A stretch of DNA of 61,055 nt, counting the filler. It is 5 parts of 5 records of this genome, joined end to end, with 100 filler letters (N's around TTAATTAATTAA, not from the genome) between each part and the next. Parts side by side here need not be neighbours in the genome. Positions count along the whole stretch, not along the records: positions 20,264 to 38,504 come from SRR31156797_8150; 4 more parts are not named here. One strand, given 5' to 3'. The first letter of the stretch is position 1; the number at the start of each line of letters is the position of its first letter. The notes under the pieces are model-generated. The model had not been told where the DNA came from. It made no database searches and saw only the letters and a program-made list of their open reading frames with translations. The position numbers were made by a program, and so were the translations under genes. Below, piece by piece: positions 21,687 to 30,451 of this stretch.

Positions 21687-22007
21687 ATGTCTAAAAACAG
21701 GTATTTGACAATATCCACAAGTGAAATCCGAGAAGGGACAGGGGACTTCTACCCGGACCTGATGAGCTTCCCTATAGAGCAATTTGAATTCCGCGATGTA
21801 CAGGAAGTCTATACGATCACCAAAGCAGATCTTGCCCGATTTGACATCCTGATGCTCAAAAAGTATGGGTACTGCAACTACGATGATTTGGTTCTCTTCC
21901 TGAACAATGTTGGACACCTTCAACTCTTGGAACCGGGGGATACCCTCAAACTCCCTTCAAAAAGAGATCTCGACAACTTCATCAAGACATACATGAGTGA
22001 GGTCTAA
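21687..22007 (+). CDS. Baseplate wedge protein, LysM/T4 gp53-like
   Basis: 'RFDIL..KKYG..Y...LFLNN......LEPGDTLKLP'. Confidence 0.65.
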   Translation: MSKNRYLTISTSEIREGTGDFYPDLMSFPIEQFEFRDVQEVYTITKADLARFDILMLKKYGYCNYDDLVLFLNNVGHLQLLEPGDTLKLPSKRDLDNFIKTYMSEV

Positions 22008-23180
22008 ATGGATTTTCAAGGCTACCCTCTTAACTTCCAGATCAATGGGAGTATTCTGGACTTCTCTCCGGGAGACTTCTCATTCTCCCTGAAGGATAGT
22101 TTATTTAAAACCCTTCCAGAAGGATCATTCAAATATCATGATAGGACCACACTTTTCCACGAGTACCGTCTGCTGATGAGCGGCGCTGAATTCGCAATAC
22201 AGGTAGGATCTACTGAAGAGGAGAATGTGGATACAAGGTGGCTTGTTAATGCTCACGAAGGCATGGAGAATCTTCGCCACGGTTTCGGCGCATATCATCT
22301 GGACTTTAACCTTACTCATCCCGTCGCAGGCTCTCTGGACAAGAAAATGGTGGCATATGAGGGAACCGCCACAGATTTCATCACTCAAATGTTTGAGGGC
22401 CTCGGGGGATTGAAGGCGGTTGAAGTGACCCCTTCTACCTTCTCTCGGATTTGGTACCGAACGGGTATGACACAACTGGAGTTTGTACAAAATGTTCTTT
22501 TACCCAACACCATCAACCAGTCCTACCCTAACTCCCCGTACTTCTTCTGGGTGACTTCTGATAACAAGCTTCATTTCAAAGATTGGAAGACACTTCTAGA
22601 CCAAAACTCCAAAGCAGATTTTTACTACCAGTCTTCCGTGGATACTTCCGCAAATAAAAACTTACTGACATCGGTATTACCGGTCTCTGAAGCTTATCGA
22701 AAGCAGTATATAAACTTTCATCGAACTCAAGAAACGATCTCAGAAGAGAACTACTCCATAACCACGGAGGAGATGCCTCTTCTGGATAGAATACAGAATC
22801 AGTCCTCTGTGACTGGGAGCATTCCCGAACGATCTGATTATTTCTATGGGGGAGTGATTTCTGAAGAAGAGCTCCCTCAGGTGCAAGGACAGGAAAACCT
22901 GCTGTATCGCAAAGGAATGATGGCTGAGTCATACCTGATCACAACCATGGGCTTTTACCCGGAGCTTCATGCCGGGGATAAAATATCCCTGAGCATAATT
23001 GTAGAAAATGACAGCGGCCGCACAGAGAGCCTTTACGCTTCTGGGGACTATATTATCGAGACTTCAAACCATATTTGGGATGCGGACTCAAAATCAGGAG
23101 TTTCCGAGCTAATGGTGTCCAGAGACTCCGTGAAGTGGCCTAACACGCACAACCGAAGTGCAATCCGACTCGGGGCTTAA
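22008..23180 (+). CDS. Putative baseplate hub protein (gp27/gpD-like)
   Basis: 390 aa; 'YFFW...KLHF', 'PELHAGDKI', 'SGDYIIE...H' motifs; synteny with wedge gene. Confidence 0.55.
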   Translation: MDFQGYPLNFQINGSILDFSPGDFSFSLKDSLFKTLPEGSFKYHDRTTLFHEYRLLMSGAEFAIQVGSTEEENVDTRWLVNAHEGMENLRHGFGAYHLDFNLTHPVAGSLDKKMVAYEGTATDFITQMFEGLGGLKAVEVTPSTFSRIWYRTGMTQLEFVQNVLLPNTINQSYPNSPYFFWVTSDNKLHFKDWKTLLDQNSKADFYYQSSVDTSANKNLLTSVLPVSEAYRKQYINFHRTQETISEENYSITTEEMPLLDRIQNQSSVTGSIPERSDYFYGGVISEEELPQVQGQENLLYRKGMMAESYLITTMGFYPELHAGDKISLSIIVENDSGRTESLYASGDYIIETSNHIWDADSKSGVSELMVSRDSVKWPNTHNRSAIRLGA

Positions 23181-23737
23181 GCGACCGGGACGCGCTCTCT
23201 TTGACCTCCGGGGAACTGGGTTCTGAGAGGGTCGGTGTTGCCAATAGCCCTCTTATCAAGGGACAATGATCTCAGCTCCGAACGCATGTTGTTTGACAGT
23301 TGTGACAGTATATTGTCATAGCGCTTCAGAAGATCGAGGAGACGGACGAAGAACCGTACTTCATAAGTCGCAACTTCCTTTTTCTTCCTCCATTCGTAAT
23401 ACTTCTCACAATGTTCTGTCCGGACCCGTGTTTCAAACTCTTTTACCGCAGGCTTCGCTGACCCCTTAACCTCTGCATACTCATTGATGACTTGCACTTT
23501 AGCCTCTTCAAACTTCTGGTCATACCATTGATCAAAGTCCAGATCAATTAGGAGCTTCTTTGTCTTGGCTCTCTGGTATTCAACTTGCACTGTGAGTGCG
23601 ATTGACATATAGGAGGCCAATGCAGTATTGACCTCTACAGGGGTGACTTCTTCCTCGTGCACAAGCTTTGCCAGCTTGTCAAACTTCGCGATGTTCCGGA
23701 GAACGAATTCTTCATAATCTTTAATAATACTATCCAT
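23177..23737 (-). CDS. Coiled-coil protein, possibly UvsY-like recombination mediator
   Basis: Start re-set to MDSIIKD (186 aa); long helical protein; the phage also encodes RecA. Confidence 0.45.
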   Translation of the reverse strand: MDSIIKDYEEFVLRNIAKFDKLAKLVHEEEVTPVEVNTALASYMSIALTVQVEYQRAKTKKLLIDLDFDQWYDQKFEEAKVQVINEYAEVKGSAKPAVKEFETRVRTEHCEKYYEWRKKKEVATYEVRFFVRLLDLLKRYDNILSQLSNNMRSELRSLSLDKRAIGNTDPLRTQFPGGQRERVPVA

Positions 23738-23773
23738 GAAATCATAGTTAGACCTGTTAAGTACTATAAAAAC

Positions 23774-24187
23774 ATGAACGATGCAGTAGCTATTGAGATC
23801 CTTTATATCCTCCCGAAACGACAGGATCGCTGGATCTATGTGATAAACGACGGACGCAGACACTTGGAGACCACTGACGGCATCAGGCGGCTGGTGTTCC
23901 CTCTTTTGGAGGACCAAAATATCCCCCGGTTCATGGAACTAGTCTCTACCCTTGAGCGTATTCTGATCATCCCTTCCTCTCCGGATCAGGTCTTCTTATT
24001 AGAGAATGATCCGAATGCAATCCGAGAGCGGGAAAGGGTCGAAGTAAAGCTTCAGAAGATGCAACCTGACAAAGAGTACCAAAAGATGATTCAAAAGAAG
24101 CAAAAAGGAGAGGGGAAAGTGGGTTCCGATGACAACTCTAAACGCTCACAAAAACTGATCAACGGCATGCTCAAGTTTTTCGACTGA
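23774..24187 (+). CDS. Phage hypothetical protein
   Basis: Start re-set to MNDAVAI, which removes the overlap with the divergent gene; TACTAT-N6-ATG. Confidence 0.65.
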   Translation: MNDAVAIEILYILPKRQDRWIYVINDGRRHLETTDGIRRLVFPLLEDQNIPRFMELVSTLERILIIPSSPDQVFLLENDPNAIRERERVEVKLQKMQPDKEYQKMIQKKQKGEGKVGSDDNSKRSQKLINGMLKFFD

Positions 24188-24218
24188 TTTCTCTAATATT
24201 CGGCTTTATAGACTACTT
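24188..24218 (+). promoter_or_regulatory. Phage promoter motif copy 1 (CTCTAA-N17-TACTT)
   Basis: CTCTAA 24191-24196, TACTT 24214-24218. Confidence 0.8.
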
Positions 24219-24263
24219 ACTTGGTAAAGAAATATGAGGGTATATCCCTCGAAAGGATGATAG

Positions 24264-25367
24264 ATGAAACTGAATTTATCCAATCTGACCAAGTACAAAA
24301 AGGTTATAACGCGGATTTCTACCACAGGACATCCTAAGTTTGAGAACCTGTATTTTGACTTCCAGAACAAAATGATCTTCGCACAGGGGCCGAAGGAGGT
24401 TAAGGCCGGAATCCGTGTAGACATGGCGTTGATGGGAGATGAGACATTCGAGCAGTTTGGAGGCTTCTATGTACCCGCAATGAAGCTCCTCTCAGCGATC
24501 AGCCGCTCCCCTGAAGATATCACCCTCACTGTAGACGGAAAGTTCCTCCTATCCAACGGGGACAGCGTCAAACTTAAAATAACAGAAGATCCTACCTATG
24601 AGTCCCCTGAGGTTTTCAGAGAATCAGACACCGAATGGATTCTTGAAGATGAGAAACTGATGAAAGCCTTTGAAACATCACTGACTTTTGCTGAAGCGGA
24701 TATTGAAAAGCCTCTCTGTGGTGTCTTCATCGAGAATGGTATATTGCAGTCATCGGATGAGTCTGCGTACTTTATGTATCGCCTCAATGAACAGGCCGCC
24801 ATGTCGGGCCTAAACCTCCCTCTCCCCTTAAGATTCGCACGACTTTTCCACCCTGCATATAGTGCAAGTGAATCTGCCCTGCATCTATCGCAGGATGAGA
24901 ACGCAGTGTTCTTCCACTGTGGGGATATCGGCGTAGTTTGCTCCAAGGTCAGCAATCTTGAAATGATTGGTTATGATGACCCAGAATTCCAAGCATCGAT
25001 TAGAATAAATAACTACATAAAGTTGGACACAAAGACCCTACGGGGAGAGTTCAACTACTTAAGCCCCTTCTATATGGAAGCGCCCGGCACACGTATTAAG
25101 CTGACAGTTGTAGGGGATGACCTGCACATTAGCGTGACCGACACCCATGAAGTGCTTGTCAAGGTTCCGATTCTTTCCAAGTCAGAAGGATTCTCCTTAC
25201 CTGATGGTTACTACTTCTGGCTTTCTGGAGCCGATGTCAAGCAGACCGTTTTCCTCCTGAATGACGACGAGGAGGGATTCACCTTCAGGATCAACCCTGA
25301 AGGTGATTCTGTAACCTTTGAAGACAACGAAGGAATCACCATCGTTCAAGTTCTGATGGATGAATAA
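24264..25367 (+). CDS. DNA polymerase III beta-clamp-like sliding clamp
   Basis: 367 aa (DnaN length); repeated alpha/beta domains; 'KPLCGVFIENG..QSSD' resembles DnaN 'R..L.GV......VATD'. Confidence 0.6.
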   Translation: MKLNLSNLTKYKKVITRISTTGHPKFENLYFDFQNKMIFAQGPKEVKAGIRVDMALMGDETFEQFGGFYVPAMKLLSAISRSPEDITLTVDGKFLLSNGDSVKLKITEDPTYESPEVFRESDTEWILEDEKLMKAFETSLTFAEADIEKPLCGVFIENGILQSSDESAYFMYRLNEQAAMSGLNLPLPLRFARLFHPAYSASESALHLSQDENAVFFHCGDIGVVCSKVSNLEMIGYDDPEFQASIRINNYIKLDTKTLRGEFNYLSPFYMEAPGTRIKLTVVGDDLHISVTDTHEVLVKVPILSKSEGFSLPDGYYFWLSGADVKQTVFLLNDDEEGFTFRINPEGDSVTFEDNEGITIVQVLMDE

Positions 25368-25369
25368 TC

Positions 25370-25966
25370 ATGTATAACAAAACTGACATTACACACGGCA
25401 CCAGCCGAGCACAGACTAAGACATTGTTGCTGAATAAACTAACCAACTTTCTCAGTAACTTTCCTATCTGGATGGACTTGAGCATCGATGGTGATGACAT
25501 CTATTTGTACTTTGCTGATCGAGACTACCTTCTTCCTAAGGGAGCGCCGGATCACCTGCTCTACAAAATCAGATACAACCTCCCAGTGGTCGAGAATGTC
25601 TTCCAGATTCGGAAGATGCTGGTAGACAATTGGGCACCCCGTCTCCACTCGGTAACCCGGACCAAGCGCCCTGCGACCAAGCAAGAGATCGAGGAGATCC
25701 TCGGGCGAGGCGAATCTGTCCCTATGGAGGGTATAACCGAAGAAGAGGTACAAGAGCTCTTCATGTCGAAGATAATCCTCAGGAACGCCACTGTCGTGCT
25801 CTCAGAAAGAAATCTGAGGACCGGGAAGAAATGGTTCTACACCCTCAAGCGTCCTCTTGAAATGATCCTGGACAAGTATCAGACAATGAATGCGGAAGAG
25901 TTCTACAAGTTCTTCCTGACCAAGGCCACCTTGAAGAAGGTGGAAGAGTTCAAGATAGGAGAGTAG
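25370..25966 (+). CDS. Phage hypothetical protein
   Basis: 198-aa ORF tightly packed between clamp-like gene and exonuclease. Confidence 0.7.
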   Translation: MYNKTDITHGTSRAQTKTLLLNKLTNFLSNFPIWMDLSIDGDDIYLYFADRDYLLPKGAPDHLLYKIRYNLPVVENVFQIRKMLVDNWAPRLHSVTRTKRPATKQEIEEILGRGESVPMEGITEEEVQELFMSKIILRNATVVLSERNLRTGKKWFYTLKRPLEMILDKYQTMNAEEFYKFFLTKATLKKVEEFKIGE

Positions 25967-25968
25967 AT

Positions 25969-26952
25969 ATGGTACGGCTGAGATATAAATACATTCTTGT
26001 GGACCTTTCCAATCTGTATGCAAGAGCTTTCTTCACCCGCCAGAATGAAACGTTCCTGAATCAGCAGAACAAAGAGGTCGCGACTGGGGGGATCACTGGA
26101 GGCATCGCTATGTTGAAGAACCTCAAGCGCGATTATTTAGCGGAAGATGGGGAGATCTACATTCTGGTGGACAGCCATGGGAATTCTGCACCTGATGAAT
26201 TGCACCCCTATGAGAATTATCGGAAATCGATTATGCCCCAGTACAAGGGAACGCGTAAGGAAAAAACTGATGCATATAAAGCTGGCATCCCGGTTCTGAA
26301 AAATATCCTTCTCTCACTTGGAGCGCCTTACTTCATCATTGAAGTCCCTTCCCTTGAGGCAGATGATCTGGTGAAACCGCTTCTGAAGCTTCTGGAGCCC
26401 AAGGAATTCGAGGAGGCTATGCTTTTAACCAATGATGAAGACTGGTCCGTGAACATTACGGAAAACGTTATATGGAAAAGTGAGCAAAACGGAATGATGG
26501 GATCAAGAGAATTTCAAGAAAAGATGGGATTTTCTCCTGAAAAAGTGATTCTATACAAATGTATCAGAGGAGACCGGAAAAGTGATAATATCCCTCCCGG
26601 AGTCCCCTATCTCCCCTCTGACCATTTAAAGTACATCCTGAACAATTATACCACTCTACAGGAGCTCTATGCGAATCTAGATATGGAGGATCACATCCCA
26701 GAAAAATGGAAAGAAAGTATCCGTAGTAGGAACCATGCTCTCCGGATTAACGAGAAGGTGATCATGCCGATTCCTCTGGACCAAACCCTTCTGTCTCGAT
26801 ATCTGACGGCCTCACGTTTCAATGCCACCTTTTTAGAGTCAATCCTCACTTCTCTAAGGATCGATCCTCGTAGTATTGATTATCGCTTGAAGTCATCCCG
26901 GAATGAAAACACTCACAGCCCACTACGGCGGAGGAAGCTGAACCGAGCATAG
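25969..26952 (+). CDS. 5'-3' exonuclease/flap endonuclease (T4 RNase H-like)
   Basis: 'LVD..N..R.F', 'YR.....YKGTR', 'EADD', 'TNDED', 'GD..DNIP'. Confidence 0.9.
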   Translation: MVRLRYKYILVDLSNLYARAFFTRQNETFLNQQNKEVATGGITGGIAMLKNLKRDYLAEDGEIYILVDSHGNSAPDELHPYENYRKSIMPQYKGTRKEKTDAYKAGIPVLKNILLSLGAPYFIIEVPSLEADDLVKPLLKLLEPKEFEEAMLLTNDEDWSVNITENVIWKSEQNGMMGSREFQEKMGFSPEKVILYKCIRGDRKSDNIPPGVPYLPSDHLKYILNNYTTLQELYANLDMEDHIPEKWKESIRSRNHALRINEKVIMPIPLDQTLLSRYLTASRFNATFLESILTSLRIDPRSIDYRLKSSRNENTHSPLRRRKLNRA

Positions 26953-26956
26953 TAAC

Positions 26957-26985
26957 TTGACATCCATTCGAGGGGATGTTAATAT
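26957..26985 (+). promoter_or_regulatory. Host sigma70-type promoter with palindrome in the spacer
   Basis: TTGACA-N17-TAATAT; ACATCC-N8-GGATGT at 26960-26979; ATG 6 nt after the -10. Confidence 0.65.
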
Positions 26986-26991
26986 TCTAAC

Positions 26992-27240
26992 ATGGGAAAT
27001 ATGGATGAACAGGAGAATCTAAATAAGCTCTACAAACCGGAAGACAGTCACCCTCTGAAACATTGGGCTGACGTACTTGGGTTGAAGCCCAAGGTTTTTC
27101 GGAACGCTTGTAGCCGGGCACGTATCACACCAGCTCCTGATGAACAGAATTACCGTTCTTACCTTACGTTTGAACAGTTCAGAAAAGTAGCAATCCATAC
27201 AGAAATTGGAAAGCAAATGTTTCTGGACAGAAAGCTTTAA
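26992..27240 (+). CDS. Small putative HTH DNA-binding protein
   Basis: 'LKHWADVLGLKPKVFRNACSR' HTH-like pattern. Confidence 0.55.
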   Translation: MGNMDEQENLNKLYKPEDSHPLKHWADVLGLKPKVFRNACSRARITPAPDEQNYRSYLTFEQFRKVAIHTEIGKQMFLDRKL

Positions 27241-27245
27241 TGGTA

Positions 27246-27271
27246 TGCACTCTTCGGAGTGCAATTTTTTT
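27246..27271 (+). terminator. Rho-independent terminator with UUCG tetraloop
   Basis: tgcactc-ttcg-gagtgca then a T-run. Confidence 0.85.
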
Positions 27272-27316
27272 CTCTAAATCTTTCTCCAATCGAGTACTTC
27301 CTTGATATAGGAGAAA
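27269..27316 (+). promoter_or_regulatory. Phage promoter motif copy 2 with SD-sequestering hairpin
   Basis: CTCTAA 27272-27277, TACTT 27295-27299; tttctcc (27281-27287) pairs with ggagaaa (27310-27316). Confidence 0.8.
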
Positions 27317-27320
27317 CACA

Positions 27321-27590
27321 ATGTCTGAAGAATTGACAAACATGACCGATGCCCAAAAAGAGGCAGTTACAAACCTGTTTACCAGAAAGCTGGAACAGGA
27401 GGACAGCAACAAGTTGATTATGGATGGGATCGGAGCCGAGTTCAAGGCTGTAGCCAAAGAGCTCGGGATCAAGGTCGCAGAGCTGAGCCGTTCATACACG
27501 AAGCATAAGGCCCGGATCAACGACCCTCTGAAGGAGGAGAAATCTGATGAGATCCTCCTCCACTGTTACCCTAATAGTTACGACAAGTAG
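27321..27590 (+). CDS. Small helical DNA-binding protein, T4 DsbA/GapR-like
   Basis: 89 aa; 'IGAEFKAVAKELGIKVAELSR' pattern; close to the RNase H-like gene as in T4. Confidence 0.5.
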   Translation: MSEELTNMTDAQKEAVTNLFTRKLEQEDSNKLIMDGIGAEFKAVAKELGIKVAELSRSYTKHKARINDPLKEEKSDEILLHCYPNSYDK

Positions 27591-27595
27591 TCAAG

Positions 27596-27625
27596 GCGCA
27601 CCTCAAATACGGGGTGCGCTTTTTT
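27596..27625 (+). terminator. Rho-independent terminator
   Basis: gcgcacctc-aaatac-ggggtgcgc then a T-run. Confidence 0.8.
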
Positions 27626-27640
27626 ATTGACTATGAGTTC

Positions 27641-28153
27641 ATGCTAGAGAAAGACTTCAATTCCCTATTCCAGAAAGTTATCAATTTTCATGATGCAGGC
27701 TTTGCATACAAAATCCCGGACCCACCGAAACAAGCGATTAACTCCTCGGCCAAACGGCCATTCGACATCATGGGGTCCTTGAAAGGCAAGCCGCTCGGGA
27801 TTGAGAACAAGCTGATCAAGTCGCACTTCGGTGCATTTAACTTATCTCGGCTGGAAGATCATCAGCTCCCTAAGCTTTTGGAGATGTATGCGGCGGCGGG
27901 AGATGACACATACATCGGTGTGGGCGTCTGCTGGTGGCAGTCCCGTACTCTTTACGAGTTCATATACTTCCCAGTCACGACAATGCACTGGATGACCGAG
28001 AAAGGTTACTCATCGATCCCCAAGAAAGCCCTTTTGGAGCTCCGCCCGGATCATGCAATCCCGGTTAAGAAGGGACTATTTGATGTATCACTGCTGGAGT
28101 CCCGGCCTGTGAGAATCTCAAAGCTGAGTCTTTTATCAGATCATCTCCGGTAG
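27641..28153 (+). CDS. RecU-like Holliday junction resolvase (PD-(D/E)XK)
   Basis: Start re-set to MLEKDF; 'KIPD', 'PFD', 'IENK', 'EDHQ'. Confidence 0.75.
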   Translation: MLEKDFNSLFQKVINFHDAGFAYKIPDPPKQAINSSAKRPFDIMGSLKGKPLGIENKLIKSHFGAFNLSRLEDHQLPKLLEMYAAAGDDTYIGVGVCWWQSRTLYEFIYFPVTTMHWMTEKGYSSIPKKALLELRPDHAIPVKKGLFDVSLLESRPVRISKLSLLSDHLR

Positions 28154-28199
28154 TTTCTCTAAAAATATCTCCAGCAGAGTACTTAATCTATGTGAGGTA
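28154..28199 (+). promoter_or_regulatory. Phage promoter motif copy 3 with SD-sequestering hairpin
   Basis: CTCTAA 28157-28162, TACTT 28180-28184; tatctc (28166-28171) pairs with gaggta (28194-28199). Confidence 0.78.
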
Positions 28200-28205
28200 A
28201 ACCTA

Positions 28206-29045
28206 ATGACAAAAGATCAGTTTGACCTGTATACCAAGGTCCATAAGAAAAAAGGGTATTCCAAAGCTTGCTGTCGATGTGGAGAAATGCACTACTATCT
28301 GCACAAGTCTCCGGAGTTCCCCAAACCAACCGCTTGCCCCATCTGTGGGGAGGAATGGTGGGATAAACCCCTCGATGAAGCAAAATGTTTTAATGCACAG
28401 AAAGTCTATCTGGCAGACCGTACCAATGATAACTTTTACAAACTTTACAATGAGGTCTACCCCTACGCAGTAAGAACTGCTCAGGGGATGCTCCGATCCA
28501 AGAAGATTATTCCAGATTTACATGAGAAGGCACATGACGGAACCATGATCTTTCTCTCCAATTTTCTGACCAACGAGAACCATAAAGTGGAGTTGTCCTT
28601 CGGTTCCTTTCTAGAACGTGTTTTGAGGGGTCCCCTCTTCAAAGATGCACTGCACGATCAAGTGCTCTCCCTCGACTGGAAGAAGCCTGACGGAGACAGT
28701 AACCTCGGTCAGTATCTCGGAACTGATGACGATGAACCAGCCATGTCCACCCCCACCAACCAGATCTATTACGATGAACAACTGGAGGGCACGGCCACGG
28801 AAAATGGCGTAGTACAGGACATCCTCAAGATCATCGATGTATTCTGTGATGACCTCCGGGGAACTGACCCTGCTGGGGCGCTTCTACTCCGTGCCGGGAT
28901 CTATACATTTTTCCTTCAGAAGTCCCGCTCCTCGATGGACGTTTTCTACGATTTGGCCGGGGAAGAAATCACTGAGCTTCTTGACCGATTTGCCCTGTAC
29001 CTCCGGGACTACCTATACCAGACAGGAAACTTGATTAGCGAGTAG
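28206..29045 (+). CDS. Putative phage sigma-like factor with N-terminal Zn ribbon
   Basis: CxxC-X18-CPxC, then a sigma region-2-like segment (FYKLYNEVYPYAVRTA...DLHEKAHDG...SFGSFL) and 'VLSLD'. Confidence 0.5.
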   Translation: MTKDQFDLYTKVHKKKGYSKACCRCGEMHYYLHKSPEFPKPTACPICGEEWWDKPLDEAKCFNAQKVYLADRTNDNFYKLYNEVYPYAVRTAQGMLRSKKIIPDLHEKAHDGTMIFLSNFLTNENHKVELSFGSFLERVLRGPLFKDALHDQVLSLDWKKPDGDSNLGQYLGTDDDEPAMSTPTNQIYYDEQLEGTATENGVVQDILKIIDVFCDDLRGTDPAGALLLRAGIYTFFLQKSRSSMDVFYDLAGEEITELLDRFALYLRDYLYQTGNLISE

Positions 29046-29069
29046 TATTGACCTGCTTACTATCATGGT

Positions 29070-29546
29070 ATGAAATCTTTAGTCGATAACCCGAAGAACA
29101 TTTTTGAAGTGCAAGTCAATGAGGTGCTTCAAAGGAAAATATCTGATGAGGAGCTTCTGCTCTCCATCGCCTCAATGGTTTTTTTCTCAAACCCTCGAAA
29201 CGAGTCCCTTACCAAGCTCTATAATAATGTAGGGCTGGGGCCCTTTGTCCAAGTGATGGACACCTTTAGTGGGAAAACCATCACCTTTCCCACCAAGCAA
29301 GAGCTGGAGGAGCTTCTGACCTTGAGCATGTGCTTCTACTTCCGAGAGATCGAGGAGAAGGAATGGGATGAGATTCAATCGATCATACCTTTTGAGCTGA
29401 ACACGGTGCTCTTAGGCCATAAAATCGGAGGAATCAACAAAATGATTAAAAACCACCTGAGCAAGAAAAGCTCGTCTGGGAGATACTCCCCTACCCCGGA
29501 TTTTTCGCAGGCCTACGAGACCTTCAGGGAAGTTTTTTCAAAATAA
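29070..29546 (+). CDS. Mor/C-family-like transcription activator
   Basis: 'VGLGPFVQVMDTFSGKTITFP' matches the Mor-type 'G.....L...FGG..IY.P' pattern; helical C-terminus. Confidence 0.55.
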   Translation: MKSLVDNPKNIFEVQVNEVLQRKISDEELLLSIASMVFFSNPRNESLTKLYNNVGLGPFVQVMDTFSGKTITFPTKQELEELLTLSMCFYFREIEEKEWDEIQSIIPFELNTVLLGHKIGGINKMIKNHLSKKSSSGRYSPTPDFSQAYETFREVFSK

Positions 29547-29605
29547 TTCTCTAAAAAATCGGCTTCAGGGGTACTTCTCTTTAACAGACCATCATGAGGA
29601 GTACC
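29547..29605 (+). promoter_or_regulatory. Phage promoter motif copy 4 with SD-sequestering hairpin
   Basis: CTCTAA 29549-29554, TACTT 29572-29576; ggtacttctc (29570-29579) pairs with gaggagtacc (29596-29605). Confidence 0.8.
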
Positions 29606-29607
29606 AC

Positions 29608-30195
29608 ATGAAGCCGGTATCATTTGAAGAGTATTGTTCAACTTATGAACAGACTGGTCGCTGTCCGGGGGATACCATTTCTTCCGGGAATAAGCGCCGC
29701 CCCCTAAATGAGAGGGAGCTAAAAACCAGATATATGAAATACTGCTCCAAGCTGGAACAGAAAGAACTCCGGAAAGAGAAGCAGTTCAAAGAGCTCAAAC
29801 AGAGCTCCGACCGCACTTGCACCAAAATGATCAAAGACAAGCGTTGGGAGGACACTCGGAAGGCCGTATACAACCGCGACCACCGGGAGTGCCAGCTCAT
29901 CAAAGCCATCAACGTACGCGAGGTGGCCATCCTGTATTCTAACTGTGGGCATCTAGTCAACTTCCTCGATCCTGCCCATATCTTCGGGAAGGGTGCCTTC
30001 CCTACCATGAAATATGACGTAGACAACATCACAGCCCTTAACCGCTACAGCCACACCATGCTGGATACAGGGCATTGCCCATTGACCGGCAAACAGATTT
30101 CAGCAACGGAAGTTGCCTTTTGGTGGAAACGAATCATTGGGGAGAAACGATATGAAGCGCTCAAAGAAAAAGCCGAAGACACACGCCGCTCCTAA
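29608..30195 (+). CDS. HNH-type nuclease (NinG/Rap-like)
   Basis: 'W...RKAVYNRD..CQ', 'DPAHIF......YDVDNITAL.R..H'. Confidence 0.65.
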   Translation: MKPVSFEEYCSTYEQTGRCPGDTISSGNKRRPLNERELKTRYMKYCSKLEQKELRKEKQFKELKQSSDRTCTKMIKDKRWEDTRKAVYNRDHRECQLIKAINVREVAILYSNCGHLVNFLDPAHIFGKGAFPTMKYDVDNITALNRYSHTMLDTGHCPLTGKQISATEVAFWWKRIIGEKRYEALKEKAEDTRRS

Positions 30196-30451
30196 GAAGG
30201 AGCAGGAAGTCAAACCGCCACATCCCTACGTTGGGAAACAAGGATCGCCTGCGGGTCAAGACTGGACTTGCACTATCAAAGCGGTACGTCCCTCTCGTGA
30301 CGGTGAGCGGATGTACTGCGATTTCGAGAACAGTTTTACCTGCTCTCTCGAAACGGTAGTCATTCAAGAAGAGGAAAGTATTGGCGAAGAACAAGAAAAC
30401 GCTGAGCGGACTGGAGGCCCTACAAGCAGACCTACAGAAGAAGTACGGTGA
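30152..30451 (+). CDS. Phage hypothetical protein
   Basis: Fills the gap between HNH and recA but overlaps both. Confidence 0.4.
   Translation: MKRSKKKPKTHAAPKKEQEVKPPHPYVGKQGSPAGQDWTCTIKAVRPSRDGERMYCDFENSFTCSLETVVIQEEESIGEEQENAERTGGPTSRPTEEVR

Noticed and set aside
23657-23917. Apparent 260-bp antisense overlap of ORFs 23177-23917 (-) and 23657-24187 (+)
   Set aside because: It disappears when the internal ATGs at 23737 and 23774 are used.
26852-26879. Extra CTCTAA inside the exonuclease gene (also at ~24136 and 32318)
   Set aside because: Intragenic and without TACT at 17-nt spacing, so not counted as promoter copies.
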